The position numbers were made by a program, and so were the translations under genes. The notes below the pieces were generated by a model. That model made no database searches. It worked only from the letters and a program-made list of their open reading frames with translations, and was not told where the DNA came from. From assembly GCA_963666285.1 (NCBI GenBank), contig OY762711.1: a stretch of 64,000 bases of DNA. The stretch is one strand, 5' to 3'. Shown one piece after another: positions 1 through 10,094 of this stretch (position 1 is its first letter; the number at the start of each line of letters is the position of its first letter). The stretch is from Sedimentisphaerales bacterium. Its GTDB lineage: Bacteria > Planctomycetota > Phycisphaerae > Sedimentisphaerales > SM23-30.

Positions 1-1950
1 ATGCGTTATCATACCTGGCCGATAAGCGGTATAGGTGTGCATTCCTGTTTGATTTCAGTCGATGGAGTTGACCAGTATTGGAACACGCGCGGCGGTGATG
101 GTGCCGGAGGTGCATATAACTGGTCGGATATGCCGTATATCCCTGACTACAGTATGACAAGTGTTCAGTGTCAGGCCATAGGTGCTTTATGTTATGATGC
201 CGGTCTATCGGTTGAAATGAGTTATACCTCTAATTATTCCAGTGCCAGCAGTAAAGATGCCAGTGATGCTTTAAGGGGTACCTTTGGTTACAGTAACAGT
301 GTTTACGGCCAGGGCTTTTCCTCGTCCGGAGATGATGGTTTATGGGGCATGATTAATGCGAATCTAGATGCAAAGCTTCCGGTTATCCTAAGTATATCCG
401 GTCCGGTTGGCGGTCATGCAGTAATCGCTGACGGTTATGGCTATTCCAGCGGGACGATGTACCATCATCTTAATATGGGCTGGGGTGGGACAGATGATAC
501 CTGGTATGCGCTTCCTGTAATTGACAGCAGCTATTCTTTTAATGTTATTAATGGCTGTGTTTATAATGTTTATCCGGTCGGTACCGGCGAGATCATCAGC
601 GGTCGTGTTACCAGTATGGCAGGAGCAGCCCTGGAAGGAGTTACTATTACAGCTTATATTGGAAGTACTGTCGTAGCCCAGGAAACAACTGACTCATATG
701 GAATATATGCACTTCAGAATATTCCTGCTAATACGACCTGTAAAATATCAGCCTCAAAAAGCGAATATGCCTTTGTGGATCAAAATGCAGTAACAGGCCA
801 ATCACAGGATTGGAGCTCGGTAAGCGGAAATAAATGGGGAGTAGATTTTAGTGCAGCTAATCCTATGCCTCCGTCAGCTATGAACCAGGAAGTTACGGTA
901 CATTGCCAGTCAACTGAAATAATAACACTGGATTTCCTGGATGATAATCTGCCGGACCCGCCGGGTGCAGTAATGTGTGTAATAACTTCACTTCCGGTAC
1001 ATGGTTCATTAAATGTACCAGGAGCAGAGGAGATTGACAGTGTGCCTTATACTCTGCCTGGTAATGCAGTTGAATATGTGCCTTGTTATTATTATGGCGG
1101 CTCTGACAGCTTTACATTTAAGGCTAATGATGGAGGTATAGCCCCAACAGGTGGTGATTCTGATATTGCCACAATATCAATAGTGGTGGATAATACGTTA
1201 ACAAGTGAATTTGGCCTTGATGGTACTTTTAGCACTAATACAGCTATTGATACCAGGTATTATGCATCTCGCAGTCAGTGTTTGTATCTGGCTGAAGATA
1301 TTGGCGGTGAGAAGTACCTGACCGATCTGGCATTGAAGTTTACCGGTATACCTCCTCTGGAACTGAATGAGTGGACGATTCGGATGCAGCAAACAGATAA
1401 GAGTCAGTATACAGATGTAGCTAATGATTTTTTGACTGACGGCTGGACTCAGGTATACCAGGGTGACCTGGAAGTCAGTCAGAGCGGATGGGTGAACATG
1501 CATTTCGATACACCGTTTTATTTTGACGGCATAAATAATTTACTTATAGATTACAGTTTTGATAATTCGTCAGTAAGCAGCCAGACAGGCTGGTATTTCT
1601 GTAAGGAAATCGGCTGCGGATGCAACCGTGTTATCACCAAAAAAACGGACAGCTCAACGCATACAAGCCCATTGACATGGGATTTCTGGTATGGCGGCGG
1701 GGGCTGGTGGGGAGGCGACTGGCTACCTAGTCTTAAGCTGATCGGGCAGGTGCCGACTACGGTTATAACTGGTGATTTCAATTACAGCTGCTTAGTTAAT
1801 TTGCCTGATATGGCAATCTTTGCAGAAGCGTGGAATACACAGGAAGGGCAAAGCGATTATAATCCGGAATGTGATATTTCTGCCCCGAAAGATGATAAGG
1901 TTGACATTCTCGATCTACAGGTATTTGCAGAGAGTTGGCTTAGCGAATAG
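1..1950 (+). CDS. C10 (streptopain/SpeB-like) cysteine peptidase, 5'-truncated, with Ig-like domains and C-terminal dockerin-like domain
   Basis: GHAVIADGY and YHHLNMGWGG match the C10 catalytic His/Asn region. The catalytic Cys segment should precede MRYHTWP and so lies outside the window. Twin Ca-binding repeats GDFNYSCLVNLPDMAIFAEAW / CDISAPKDDKVDILDLQVFAESWL. Confidence 0.85.
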   Translation: MRYHTWPISGIGVHSCLISVDGVDQYWNTRGGDGAGGAYNWSDMPYIPDYSMTSVQCQAIGALCYDAGLSVEMSYTSNYSSASSKDASDALRGTFGYSNSVYGQGFSSSGDDGLWGMINANLDAKLPVILSISGPVGGHAVIADGYGYSSGTMYHHLNMGWGGTDDTWYALPVIDSSYSFNVINGCVYNVYPVGTGEIISGRVTSMAGAALEGVTITAYIGSTVVAQETTDSYGIYALQNIPANTTCKISASKSEYAFVDQNAVTGQSQDWSSVSGNKWGVDFSAANPMPPSAMNQEVTVHCQSTEIITLDFLDDNLPDPPGAVMCVITSLPVHGSLNVPGAEEIDSVPYTLPGNAVEYVPCYYYGGSDSFTFKANDGGIAPTGGDSDIATISIVVDNTLTSEFGLDGTFSTNTAIDTRYYASRSQCLYLAEDIGGEKYLTDLALKFTGIPPLELNEWTIRMQQTDKSQYTDVANDFLTDGWTQVYQGDLEVSQSGWVNMHFDTPFYFDGINNLLIDYSFDNSSVSSQTGWYFCKEIGCGCNRVITKKTDSSTHTSPLTWDFWYGGGGWWGGDWLPSLKLIGQVPTTVITGDFNYSCLVNLPDMAIFAEAWNTQEGQSDYNPECDISAPKDDKVDILDLQVFAESWLSE

Positions 1951-2173
1951 ACTTTTGAATTATACATGTAATATATGAAAAAGAAAAAGAAAATAATACT
2001 AACTATCTTATGTTTTCTGCTTTTTATGCAACTTTTACCAAGTTGTTTAATGTTTGGTTTTCATGATAAATATGTTTATCTAAATTCGGAGAGTGTATAA
2101 TCTGGTAAGTTTATTCTTATCTCTTATGCCTCTCAAGCTGACCATCGGTCTGTTTGAATTTCTTATTAAACCC

Positions 2174-2210
2174 AAAGAAAAATGCCCGCCTTCTCAGACG
2201 AGCATTCTTC
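2174..2210 (-). terminator. Intrinsic terminator after kduD
   Basis: Minus strand AATGCTCGTCT-gagaa-GGCGGGCATT followed by TTTCTTT, about 40 nt past the kduD stop. Confidence 0.7.
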
Positions 2211-2252
2211 ATGGGCTCCTATTCTTATTCTTCTGCTTGCATTGTATTGTTC

Positions 2253-3014
2253 TTATCTGCTCAGCCATCCGCCGTCAACGGCAATTGTATAACCCTGCAC
2301 ATAGCTGGCGGCATCTGATGCCAGAAATACCGCGGTTCCCTGCAGGTCTTCCGGCGTTCCCCAGCGTCCCGCCGGGATCCTGTCGAGAATAGCCTTGTTA
2401 CGGGCCGGATCTTCACGCAGGGCCTTGGTATTATCTGTCGCCATATAGCCCGGTGCTATCGCGTTTACATTAATGCCGTATGCTCCCAGCTCGTTCGCCA
2501 GCAGCTTTGTCAGGCCCATAACCGCGCTCTTGGACGCCGTATAAGACGGCACAAGTATCCCGCCCTGGAAACTCAGCATAGACGCGGTATTAACGATCTT
2601 ACCGCCGCGGCCCTGTGCGATCATCTCCTTGCCAACTGCCTGGCTCAGGAAAAACAGCGTGCGGATATTGATATTCATCACATCGTCCCAATCCTTTTCG
2701 GTAAACTCGGTGATCGGTGCCCGGCGAATGATACCGGCATTATTGAACAGGATATCGATCCCGCCCAAACCGGCCTTGGTCTCGCTAACGATTGTATCGA
2801 CGCATTCCTTTTTGCTCAGGTCTGCGGTTATAGTCACACATTTCCTGCCGAGCGACTCGACCTTTGCCTTGGTCTCGCTCATATCGATAACGTCAACCAG
2901 TGCCACATCGGCTCCGGCCTCTGCCATGGCAATTGCGATACCCTGGCCTAGCCCGCGACCGCTGCCGGTCACAATCGCAACCTTTCCGTCAAGTTTGAAT
3001 TGGTCTAATATCAT
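2253..3014 (-). CDS. kduD: 2-dehydro-3-deoxy-D-gluconate 5-dehydrogenase (SDR)
   Basis: TGSGRGLG, NNAGIIRR, ASMLSFQGGILVPSYTASKS and VDGGWL are typical KduD signatures; adjacent to kduI. Confidence 0.93.
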   Translation of the reverse strand: MILDQFKLDGKVAIVTGSGRGLGQGIAIAMAEAGADVALVDVIDMSETKAKVESLGRKCVTITADLSKKECVDTIVSETKAGLGGIDILFNNAGIIRRAPITEFTEKDWDDVMNINIRTLFFLSQAVGKEMIAQGRGGKIVNTASMLSFQGGILVPSYTASKSAVMGLTKLLANELGAYGINVNAIAPGYMATDNTKALREDPARNKAILDRIPAGRWGTPEDLQGTAVFLASDAASYVQGYTIAVDGGWLSR

Positions 3015-3202
3015 TATTTTAACTCCTTGTATATATTCTGATTATTTTCAGCTTTTAGCGATTATCTGTAGTGCTTAACTTTGCGTCAGCTTTAAAACAA
3101 GTCGTGAGGTAAAGCCAAACACTTTAACTCTTTACCCGCGTTAGCGACATGCGAAGCATACTTCTCTTCACTTTATTTAATTTATGCTGTCATCGGCATA
3201 AA

Positions 3203-4033
3203 TTATTTTATGTCGCTTATCTGCAGATGGTCCATATCGTCAAATGCCTGGTTTTCTCCGCCCATGCCCCAGCAGAAGGTATAAGATGCTGTACCTACTC
3301 CGCTATGAATCGACCAGCTTGGCGACAAAATCGCCTGACAGTTGGCAACAGCGATATGGCGGGTTTCGTGTGGCTGGCCCATAAAATGAAATACTCTTGC
3401 ATCTTCTGGCATATTGAAATAGATATATACTTCCATACGGCGTTCATGAGTATGCGGCGGCATGGTATTCCATACGCAGCCTGGCTCAAGAACCGTAAAG
3501 CCCATTACCAGCTGACAGCTTTTAACCCCGTCTGGATGGATGAATTTGTAGATTGTACGTTTATTTGACTGTTCGATGGAACCGAGTTGTACCGGTGATG
3601 CATCTGAAACTGGGATATGTGTCGTTGGAAATTCCTTATGAGCCGGGTAGCTCAGCAGGTAAAACTTCGCCGGGAAATCCGAGTCGTCGGTTGCAAAACT
3701 GATATCCTTACTCCCACGCCCGACATACAGGCAGTCAGTAGGGGCCATCTTATATTCGGTCCCGTCAATAGTAACTGTACCGGCACCGCCGATATTCAAT
3801 ATACCCAGCTCACGACGCTGACAGAAATAGTCTGCTCGCAATTCGTCCGCCGCAGACATTGTCAGCGGTTTAGTGCCGGGCATCGCGCCGCCGCAGATCG
3901 CCCGATCTACATCACAATATACCATTGATATCTCGCCCGGCAGAAACAAATTCTCGATCAGGAAACTTCCTCGAGTTTCTGCGGTTGTCATTCTTTGAAA
4001 CCTGATCGGGTCAGGACTATATCTAACTTGCAT
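3203..4033 (-). CDS. kduI: 4-deoxy-L-threo-5-hexosulose-uronate ketol-isomerase
   Basis: RRELGILNIGG, SCQLVMGFTVL, WNTMPPHTHERRMEVY, SPSWSIHSGVGT, WGMGGENQ. Confidence 0.95.
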   Translation of the reverse strand: MQVRYSPDPIRFQRMTTAETRGSFLIENLFLPGEISMVYCDVDRAICGGAMPGTKPLTMSAADELRADYFCQRRELGILNIGGAGTVTIDGTEYKMAPTDCLYVGRGSKDISFATDDSDFPAKFYLLSYPAHKEFPTTHIPVSDASPVQLGSIEQSNKRTIYKFIHPDGVKSCQLVMGFTVLEPGCVWNTMPPHTHERRMEVYIYFNMPEDARVFHFMGQPHETRHIAVANCQAILSPSWSIHSGVGTASYTFCWGMGGENQAFDDMDHLQISDIK

Positions 4034-4068
4034 TTAATACTCCTTGTTTTTTCTTAAAACAATTCTTT

Positions 4069-5250
4069 CTATTTATTTAATGTTAATTCCAGTTCGACTG
4101 GGTTATCCAGTTTTAATTTTGTCTGTTTCAGGTAGCTGCACCAGCTTTTATGGCTCTTTACTTCCTCGCCCGGGAAGATATCCCAGCTGCCGCCGGCATA
4201 ATATGCCAGTTTCTCGCCGGATTTTACTGTCGTTGTCAGCATGGCATGCATCTCTGCCTTTTCGCCGGTAACTTTCTTTTCGGACGGTACTATCATACCG
4301 CAGCGAATAGTTACTCCGTTTTCCGCCTTTGGCTCGCTGTATGCCACCCAGCCTTCTTCCGGTTTGCTGGTAATCTCTTCCGCTCCGCCGCGGGTGATTA
4401 TTCCAACTGCTACCGGCATAGTGTCTGCTGCTGATGTGTATGTTGTTTCCACCTTGCTCAGGTAGCTGTCCAGGTCAATTGTGATGCGCTGGGTTTCCTT
4501 TACCTTGATACCACCGGCATTCCACTGGTTGTAATACACTTCAAAAACCGAGCGAAATGGTCCGTTTGTGATTATTCGCCAATCAAAGAAATTATGGTCC
4601 GGCATCTGCAGCTTTCCGTCTTTATATATCGCTGAGCCGCCGCAGCCCAGTGTCGGGCCGACCTTATATGCATCGCAGCCTACCCCGCGTGATTCATGAT
4701 AGCTCAACCCTTTTTTCAGTCTCTCTTCCAGCTTCTTCTCGACTATCGGGTATTTGACCTCTTTACACCACAGGTCGATTCCGCAGCTGACTGTCTCCCA
4801 TTCCAGCTCTTTGCCGTAGATTCGGGCTGCCATCTTATCATTTTCCCAGGCCAGGTCGCCGTCACGCGACAGATACTGCTTGGCAAATGTTGTTATTTCC
4901 TTATCTTTTAGTACTACTTTATCTGCGGTTGCGTTGACCATATATGTCTTGCTCTGGTTCGGTGCAAAGTCAGTCTGGAATACCAGCATAACCTTACCGT
5001 CAATATCATATACTTGCGGAATAATTGTTTCGTGGTTATCCATACTGTACAACGCCACATTTTCCTTTGATATCCCCTTGATCTTGATAAAGTCTGCCAG
5101 GCTGAGCTCGATTGTTTCGTTCTGTCTCGCTATGTTCAGCGGGTTCTTGGCAACAATCTTTGCTGACTTGTATGTTTCGCCAAATGATACAGAAGCTAAT
5201 GCAAAGCAAACTATAATAACTGTAATAATGTCTTTTGATAATGACTTCAT
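4069..5250 (-). CDS. DUF4861-family secreted protein (uronate-utilisation associated)
   Basis: Signal peptide; DLAWENDKMAARIYG, GIDLWCK, YHESRGVGCDAYKVGPTLGCG motifs. Confidence 0.8.
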   Translation of the reverse strand: MKSLSKDIITVIIVCFALASVSFGETYKSAKIVAKNPLNIARQNETIELSLADFIKIKGISKENVALYSMDNHETIIPQVYDIDGKVMLVFQTDFAPNQSKTYMVNATADKVVLKDKEITTFAKQYLSRDGDLAWENDKMAARIYGKELEWETVSCGIDLWCKEVKYPIVEKKLEERLKKGLSYHESRGVGCDAYKVGPTLGCGGSAIYKDGKLQMPDHNFFDWRIITNGPFRSVFEVYYNQWNAGGIKVKETQRITIDLDSYLSKVETTYTSAADTMPVAVGIITRGGAEEITSKPEEGWVAYSEPKAENGVTIRCGMIVPSEKKVTGEKAEMHAMLTTTVKSGEKLAYYAGGSWDIFPGEEVKSHKSWCSYLKQTKLKLDNPVELELTLNK

Positions 5251-5289
5251 AATGTATCCTTTCTCAATTGATTACTTTCGAACTTTTTA

Positions 5290-5362
5290 GTTTTATTTTC
5301 CTTCTCTCTTCTTCCTTTTTGTTTTTTCCCTTCTTACTTCTCTCTTCTCCCTTCTCTCTCTT
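5290..5362. repeat. Degenerate 7-nt tandem repeat tract (polypyrimidine on +)
   Basis: Minus strand reads approximately agagaag ggagaag agagaag taagaag ggaaaaa, with heptamer periodicity. Confidence 0.65.
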
Positions 5363-6118
5363 CTATTCTTTATGACCGATCTTCTCTGACAGGCTTTGTG
5401 CCGCGTTCTTTACAGAATTTATCAGTTTTTCGTCTTCCAGGTCAATCTGTTCTGTCGGAGCTGTTACACCGACCGCGGCAACGACAATACCGTCCAGGTT
5501 AAATACCGGGGCACTCATACACTGGACTCCCATATGGTATTCCTGGTTGTCTACCGAATATCCTCTCGATTTGATCAGCTCGGTTTCAGCGGCCATTTTT
5601 TCGACCGTCGTTATAGTATTAGGTGTCAGTTCCGGCAGTTCTAACTCCGCCATTTTTTCTGCCAGGTCGTCTGCATGCAGATAAGCCAGAAATATCTTGC
5701 CGTGTGCCGATGAATGCATATATGTCTGGGTGCCAGGCCTCGAAGCTACCCTGATCGGACCCGGACTGTCACAAACCTCCAGGATGAGTGAATGTTTGTT
5801 GCTTGGTATTACCAGGTGCGAGGTCAGATGGGTTTCAATTGTCAGCTGCTGCATTATTGGTATGGCCATTTCTCGCAGCTTATAGTCCCTTAATGCCGCC
5901 AGCCCGATCTCATATAGACTCGGCCCGGCAAAGAAATGATTCTCCCTTTTCAACGCCATCTCTGAGTTGCACAGTGTCTTCAGTATCCTGAAAGTGGTTG
6001 TTTTGGGCGTGTCTGTTGCAACCTCGATCTCCCGGGCGGTCATACCATTCTGGTTCCTGGCAAGGAGTTTCAGGATTTCGCAGGTCTTACTTAGGTTTGG
6101 AATGATGTACTGGTTCAT
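5363..6118 (-). CDS. IclR-family transcriptional regulator (KdgR-like role)
   Basis: N-terminal HTH (PKTTTFRILKTL), SSAHGKIFLAY, GYSVDNQEYHMGVQCMSAPVF; first gene of the kduI/kduD cluster. Confidence 0.9.
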   Translation of the reverse strand: MNQYIIPNLSKTCEILKLLARNQNGMTAREIEVATDTPKTTTFRILKTLCNSEMALKRENHFFAGPSLYEIGLAALRDYKLREMAIPIMQQLTIETHLTSHLVIPSNKHSLILEVCDSPGPIRVASRPGTQTYMHSSAHGKIFLAYLHADDLAEKMAELELPELTPNTITTVEKMAAETELIKSRGYSVDNQEYHMGVQCMSAPVFNLDGIVVAAVGVTAPTEQIDLEDEKLINSVKNAAQSLSEKIGHKE

Positions 6119-6161
6119 ATGTTATCCTCTTATTCACGGTATATTAGTTAACCAGTTAAAA

Positions 6162-6193
6162 GAAACATGGTTCTTATATGAAACACGAGTTTC
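6162..6193. promoter_or_regulatory. Putative IclR/KdgR-type operator (overlapping GAAAC..GTTTC palindromes)
   Basis: GAAACATGGTTCTTATATGAAACACGAGTTTC lies 45-75 nt upstream of the IclR start. Confidence 0.45.
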
Positions 6194-6630
6194 TCTTATG
6201 AATTTTAACACATGATACCGGTTATTTTCAAGCAAAAAATACACGTTTACAAATTTAATCTGTATCTCGCCTTGGAAGTTTTAACACCATCATCTAAGTA
6301 ATATAACTTTTGATTGGAACTTCTGGATTTATTTATGCTGGCTTGGCATGCAGATTGATAGAATAATTTTTTATAAATTATGAAGTTAAAAAAGATTATG
6401 GGTGTTTTTTACTCGGTTTACACTTGATTTTATACCCATTTATGTTAACGTCATATTCATTGCTAAAATTTAGCAGGAGTGTTTTTTTCTTAATTTATGT
6501 TTGTGAATGATTAATTCAAAATGTTGAGGTAATACCCAATATTGGGTTATAAATAAAAGAGTGGAATTCTAAGGTTCGGGATATTGAAATATTCCGGGAT
6601 TATATTCTTTTACCATTATGAAGGAGACTT

Positions 6631-9345
6631 ATGATGAGGTATTTTTTTGTTGGATGTGGTTTGATGTTATGTGTGTTTCTCTCTCAAAAACTATCTGCTC
6701 AGGTTGTTGAGCCTGTTATATCACCAACAACAACTTCATGTTATTACGGTGAAACTTCAAGCTCTGCAAATGACTGCTGGGTTGAAGTTATCAGCAGACG
6801 TAGTACGGATACTTATACCAATCTGTATTTGTATGTTGATATCGATGGGTGCCTTATATCTGAATATGAGGTTTATGAAATACCTCAGTTTTCAACACCG
6901 GTACCCGTGCAAATGAATGTAAACGATATTATGGTTGTATGGGATGAAGACGCTACTCATGGCGAAATACCACCTGACGGTGATTTTAGTTTTACCGGGA
7001 TAATAGTCAAAGACCCAAACTGTCCGTATATCAGGGTTCGCACAAATGACCAGGATGACATATTAAACTGGTCTGTTCATAGAGTTGTTGAGGCCGGCAC
7101 ATTAACTGTTAACGATACAGGCCTTAATGAGCATGATGTTATATTATTTCCGAATGGTATGAGTCGAATACTATTATATAAAGATGATGATGTTGCTGAT
7201 GGCGAATGTGTCTCTCCCGATACCCAGGAGAACAAAGAATTTACTTATACTATCTGTTACAAGAATGAATCATATCACAACTTGACAAATGTTAAGATCG
7301 TTGATTATTTGCCCAAAAATGTTTACTATCCGAAGGGGTGGGAATGGATAGATAGCAACTTGAACGTGATACCGCCTGACCCGAATTATGACCCCAATTT
7401 TCATACTTATACCTGGGAAATCGGCACGCTTGCACCGGATACCGACCCCAATACTCCTTTGACATGCGTTTCACTGGATGTAGAAGTAAGCGAATATGCC
7501 GAACCGGGCGAGATTTTGCACAATGTGGCTGAGTTAATAGGTACATATTCTATTGAAGATATCAATGGTAATATAGTTACCTTTGAAACAGTTCTGGCGA
7601 TTGCAACAGAAGATACTCCTGTCTGCTGCTATGGCGATCCTAATATAATTTTCGTAGATATTAACGCAGACGGATATGATACCGGTTCAAGCTGGGATAA
7701 TGCTTATAATACCGAATCCGGCCTGCAAAAGGCATTACAACGGGCCTGGAAATCTCCTTGCAGCGAAGCGTTTACGATTTATGTGGCTAAAGGTACCTAT
7801 CTGCCGGGCATTTCAGAAGATGACAGCTTCGTATTACCCGATGGAACCGAGATTTACGGCGGTTTCCCGACCGGAGGATGTGATTTTGCCAATAGGAACG
7901 CAAAGAAATATAAGACAATATTAAGCGGTTTACTATCTGACAGGTATATTGATACTGTTGTCACTATGGGTTATGAATCATTGCTGGATGGTGTAACGAT
8001 TACTGATGGCTGGGACTATAATATCTACAGTCCGGGTTTGGATTTTACAATAAATAATTGTATTGTCAGTAATAGTATTAACTATGGTATCTATGTTTCA
8101 GATGCAAATGCTGCTATCAAATCATGTATGGTTAAAAATAATGGTGCAAGTGGTATCTTCCATGAAAGTATTTTAAGCAATCTTAATGTCTCTAACTCTT
8201 GGGTTATGAGGAATAATAATCATGGAATTAGAACTGAAGGTACTACTCCTACTATTAAAAATTGTATTATATCTGAAAGTGACCTCTCAGAAGAAGGTAA
8301 TAATGGTATTAGTATCTTGAATCCGGCCTACAGTCCTGTGCTGCATAACAACACAATCTCAAATAATAAATCCGCCGGATTATTTTTTACAGATGATATT
8401 AGCTGTGATCCTAACAGTACACCACTAGATTATCCGGACATTCAGAACTGCATAATTTACTATAACAACAGTAACGGTCCGCAGCTGAGCGGCATAGATG
8501 CAGACATGGCATATTACAGCTGCATACAGGACTGTAATGATGTCAACAACAATCATAATATCAGTTCTGCACCTATGTTTGCCTATCCTGCTGACCCGGC
8601 CGGTACACCTGACCCGAATAACTACCATTTAGCATATAACTCTATCTGTAAAGATATTGGCAATCCAAACCTGGTTTATACCGATCAGGTTGACTATGAT
8701 AATGAGGTGCGGGTTGCCGGTGCATATGTTGATTTGGGTGCCGATGAAGTGTATTCCTGTGATGGAAATTATACCGAGGAAGAATTTGCCAACGAAAACG
8801 ACTGGAACGCGGACGGCATAGTAAACCTGGAAGAGTTCAGATTCTTTGCCGATTCATGGCTTACTCTTGACCCCGGTGATCCCGGATGGGCTGACCCGAA
8901 CTATGGCGACCCCAATGATACCTTTGATTGGAATCCGGCATGTAACCTGGATGATACCGGCACCAGCCAGTACAGTATAGATATGGCGGATTTGACAGTA
9001 TTTGTATTTGATGTGCCCTGGCTCTGGCAGGCATGCTGGTATGAAAATTACAATGCAAGTATCAGCGGAGAGGTAACTATGATGGCAGCTTCGGTTACTC
9101 CGCTGGAATCTGTAGCAAGTGTGGCGGCATTAAGCCTGGATACGGATGCAGAAGCAACGGTCAATCCTTATGATAGAATGAGTAATTCTGAACTGGCACA
9201 GATAGTCAGCGATATTTATTATCTTCAGGATTGCGTAGCAGAAAAGATTCTACAGACCCATAAAGGTAAAGATAAGAAAGATTTACAGGATATTCTGGAC
9301 TTTTTCGATGAAGAATTGGCCAAAATAGCCGAATCTTTACAATAA
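6631..9345 (+). CDS. Secreted protein with DUF11-like domain, right-handed parallel beta-helix, dockerin-like repeat and helical C-terminal tail
   Basis: RBS AAGGAG; signal peptide; FTYTICYKN..LTNVKIVDYLP (DUF11-like); IYVAKGTYLP..IYGGF, PTIKNCII, DLGADE (beta-helix/choice-of-anchor-like); DWNADGIVNLEEFRFFADSWL. Confidence 0.8.
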   Translation: MMRYFFVGCGLMLCVFLSQKLSAQVVEPVISPTTTSCYYGETSSSANDCWVEVISRRSTDTYTNLYLYVDIDGCLISEYEVYEIPQFSTPVPVQMNVNDIMVVWDEDATHGEIPPDGDFSFTGIIVKDPNCPYIRVRTNDQDDILNWSVHRVVEAGTLTVNDTGLNEHDVILFPNGMSRILLYKDDDVADGECVSPDTQENKEFTYTICYKNESYHNLTNVKIVDYLPKNVYYPKGWEWIDSNLNVIPPDPNYDPNFHTYTWEIGTLAPDTDPNTPLTCVSLDVEVSEYAEPGEILHNVAELIGTYSIEDINGNIVTFETVLAIATEDTPVCCYGDPNIIFVDINADGYDTGSSWDNAYNTESGLQKALQRAWKSPCSEAFTIYVAKGTYLPGISEDDSFVLPDGTEIYGGFPTGGCDFANRNAKKYKTILSGLLSDRYIDTVVTMGYESLLDGVTITDGWDYNIYSPGLDFTINNCIVSNSINYGIYVSDANAAIKSCMVKNNGASGIFHESILSNLNVSNSWVMRNNNHGIRTEGTTPTIKNCIISESDLSEEGNNGISILNPAYSPVLHNNTISNNKSAGLFFTDDISCDPNSTPLDYPDIQNCIIYYNNSNGPQLSGIDADMAYYSCIQDCNDVNNNHNISSAPMFAYPADPAGTPDPNNYHLAYNSICKDIGNPNLVYTDQVDYDNEVRVAGAYVDLGADEVYSCDGNYTEEEFANENDWNADGIVNLEEFRFFADSWLTLDPGDPGWADPNYGDPNDTFDWNPACNLDDTGTSQYSIDMADLTVFVFDVPWLWQACWYENYNASISGEVTMMAASVTPLESVASVAALSLDTDAEATVNPYDRMSNSELAQIVSDIYYLQDCVAEKILQTHKGKDKKDLQDILDFFDEELAKIAESLQ

Positions 9346-9351
9346 ATATTG

Positions 9352-9400
9352 AACCTGCCTGCCGTTATTTGGTATAATAGCGGCAGGTAAGGTTTTTATT
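9352..9400 (+). terminator. Strong hairpin with T-tail between the beta-helix gene and the PEP-CTERM array
   Basis: CCTGCCGTTATT-tggtat-AATAGCGGCAGG then taaggtttttatt. Confidence 0.6.
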
Positions 9401-9423
9401 CAGTTGAGTTTACAGGAGAAAAA

Positions 9424-10071
9424 ATGAAATTATCGCAAATGGTGTTAATATTGATATTGACTGTTAACATATCCTATGGGAGTATTCGAGATGCTAACGG
9501 TATAACCAATGATGGAATAATATCAAATAATGAATATGGCTATAATGTACGAGTAAGCGAAGACAGTGTTTTAACAATTACAGGTGGCGGAGCTGATGAC
9601 ATTGAATTGAAAGATTATTCTCATTTAGATGTCCTATCAACTAAAACTCCACTATCAGACGGTAATAATGGTGGAGGTGGAATATACAACATTGTTCCCA
9701 GCGACAACAGCACTATCACTTTTTCCGGTGGTGTTGCCAACTATATTTATGTCCAAAAAGATGCAGCGGCAATCATCAATGGCGGCCAGGTCAATCTGAT
9801 CAGAACTGCACAATATGAATATGTCGGAAAAACAATTACAATAGAATGCTGTGATGGCTGGTCCTGGCTTTATGATAACGAAGGAGAAATTAACGGTATT
9901 ACCGGGCAATGGTATAAGTACGGCAATGACGAATTTTCGATAAAATTCTTGAATATTGATAAACCATTATTAACAGATACTTATACTCATGTAAAGGTTG
10001 TTACCCCTGAACCTGCAACTATCGTTCTGCTTACTCTGGGCGGAGTGATAATGAAAAGACGATGTGTATAA
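9424..10071 (+). CDS. PEP-CTERM surface protein, array copy 1
   Basis: RBS CAGGAGA, signal peptide, C-terminal TPEPATIVLLTLGGVIMKRR. Confidence 0.9.
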   Translation: MKLSQMVLILILTVNISYGSIRDANGITNDGIISNNEYGYNVRVSEDSVLTITGGGADDIELKDYSHLDVLSTKTPLSDGNNGGGGIYNIVPSDNSTITFSGGVANYIYVQKDAAAIINGGQVNLIRTAQYEYVGKTITIECCDGWSWLYDNEGEINGITGQWYKYGNDEFSIKFLNIDKPLLTDTYTHVKVVTPEPATIVLLTLGGVIMKRRCV

Positions 10072-10094
10072 TTCTCTTAATCACAGGAGAAATA

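Noticed and set aside
3073..3146. attC-like GCTTAAC...GTTAGCG
   Set aside because: No convincing internal palindrome, a single instance, no integrase, and it lies inside the kduI-kduD cluster.
10062..10094. ORF-track N-terminal extensions (MCIILLITGE..) of PEP-CTERM copies 2-5
   Set aside because: They overlap the previous stop and contain the RBS; the downstream ATG matches the start of copy 1.
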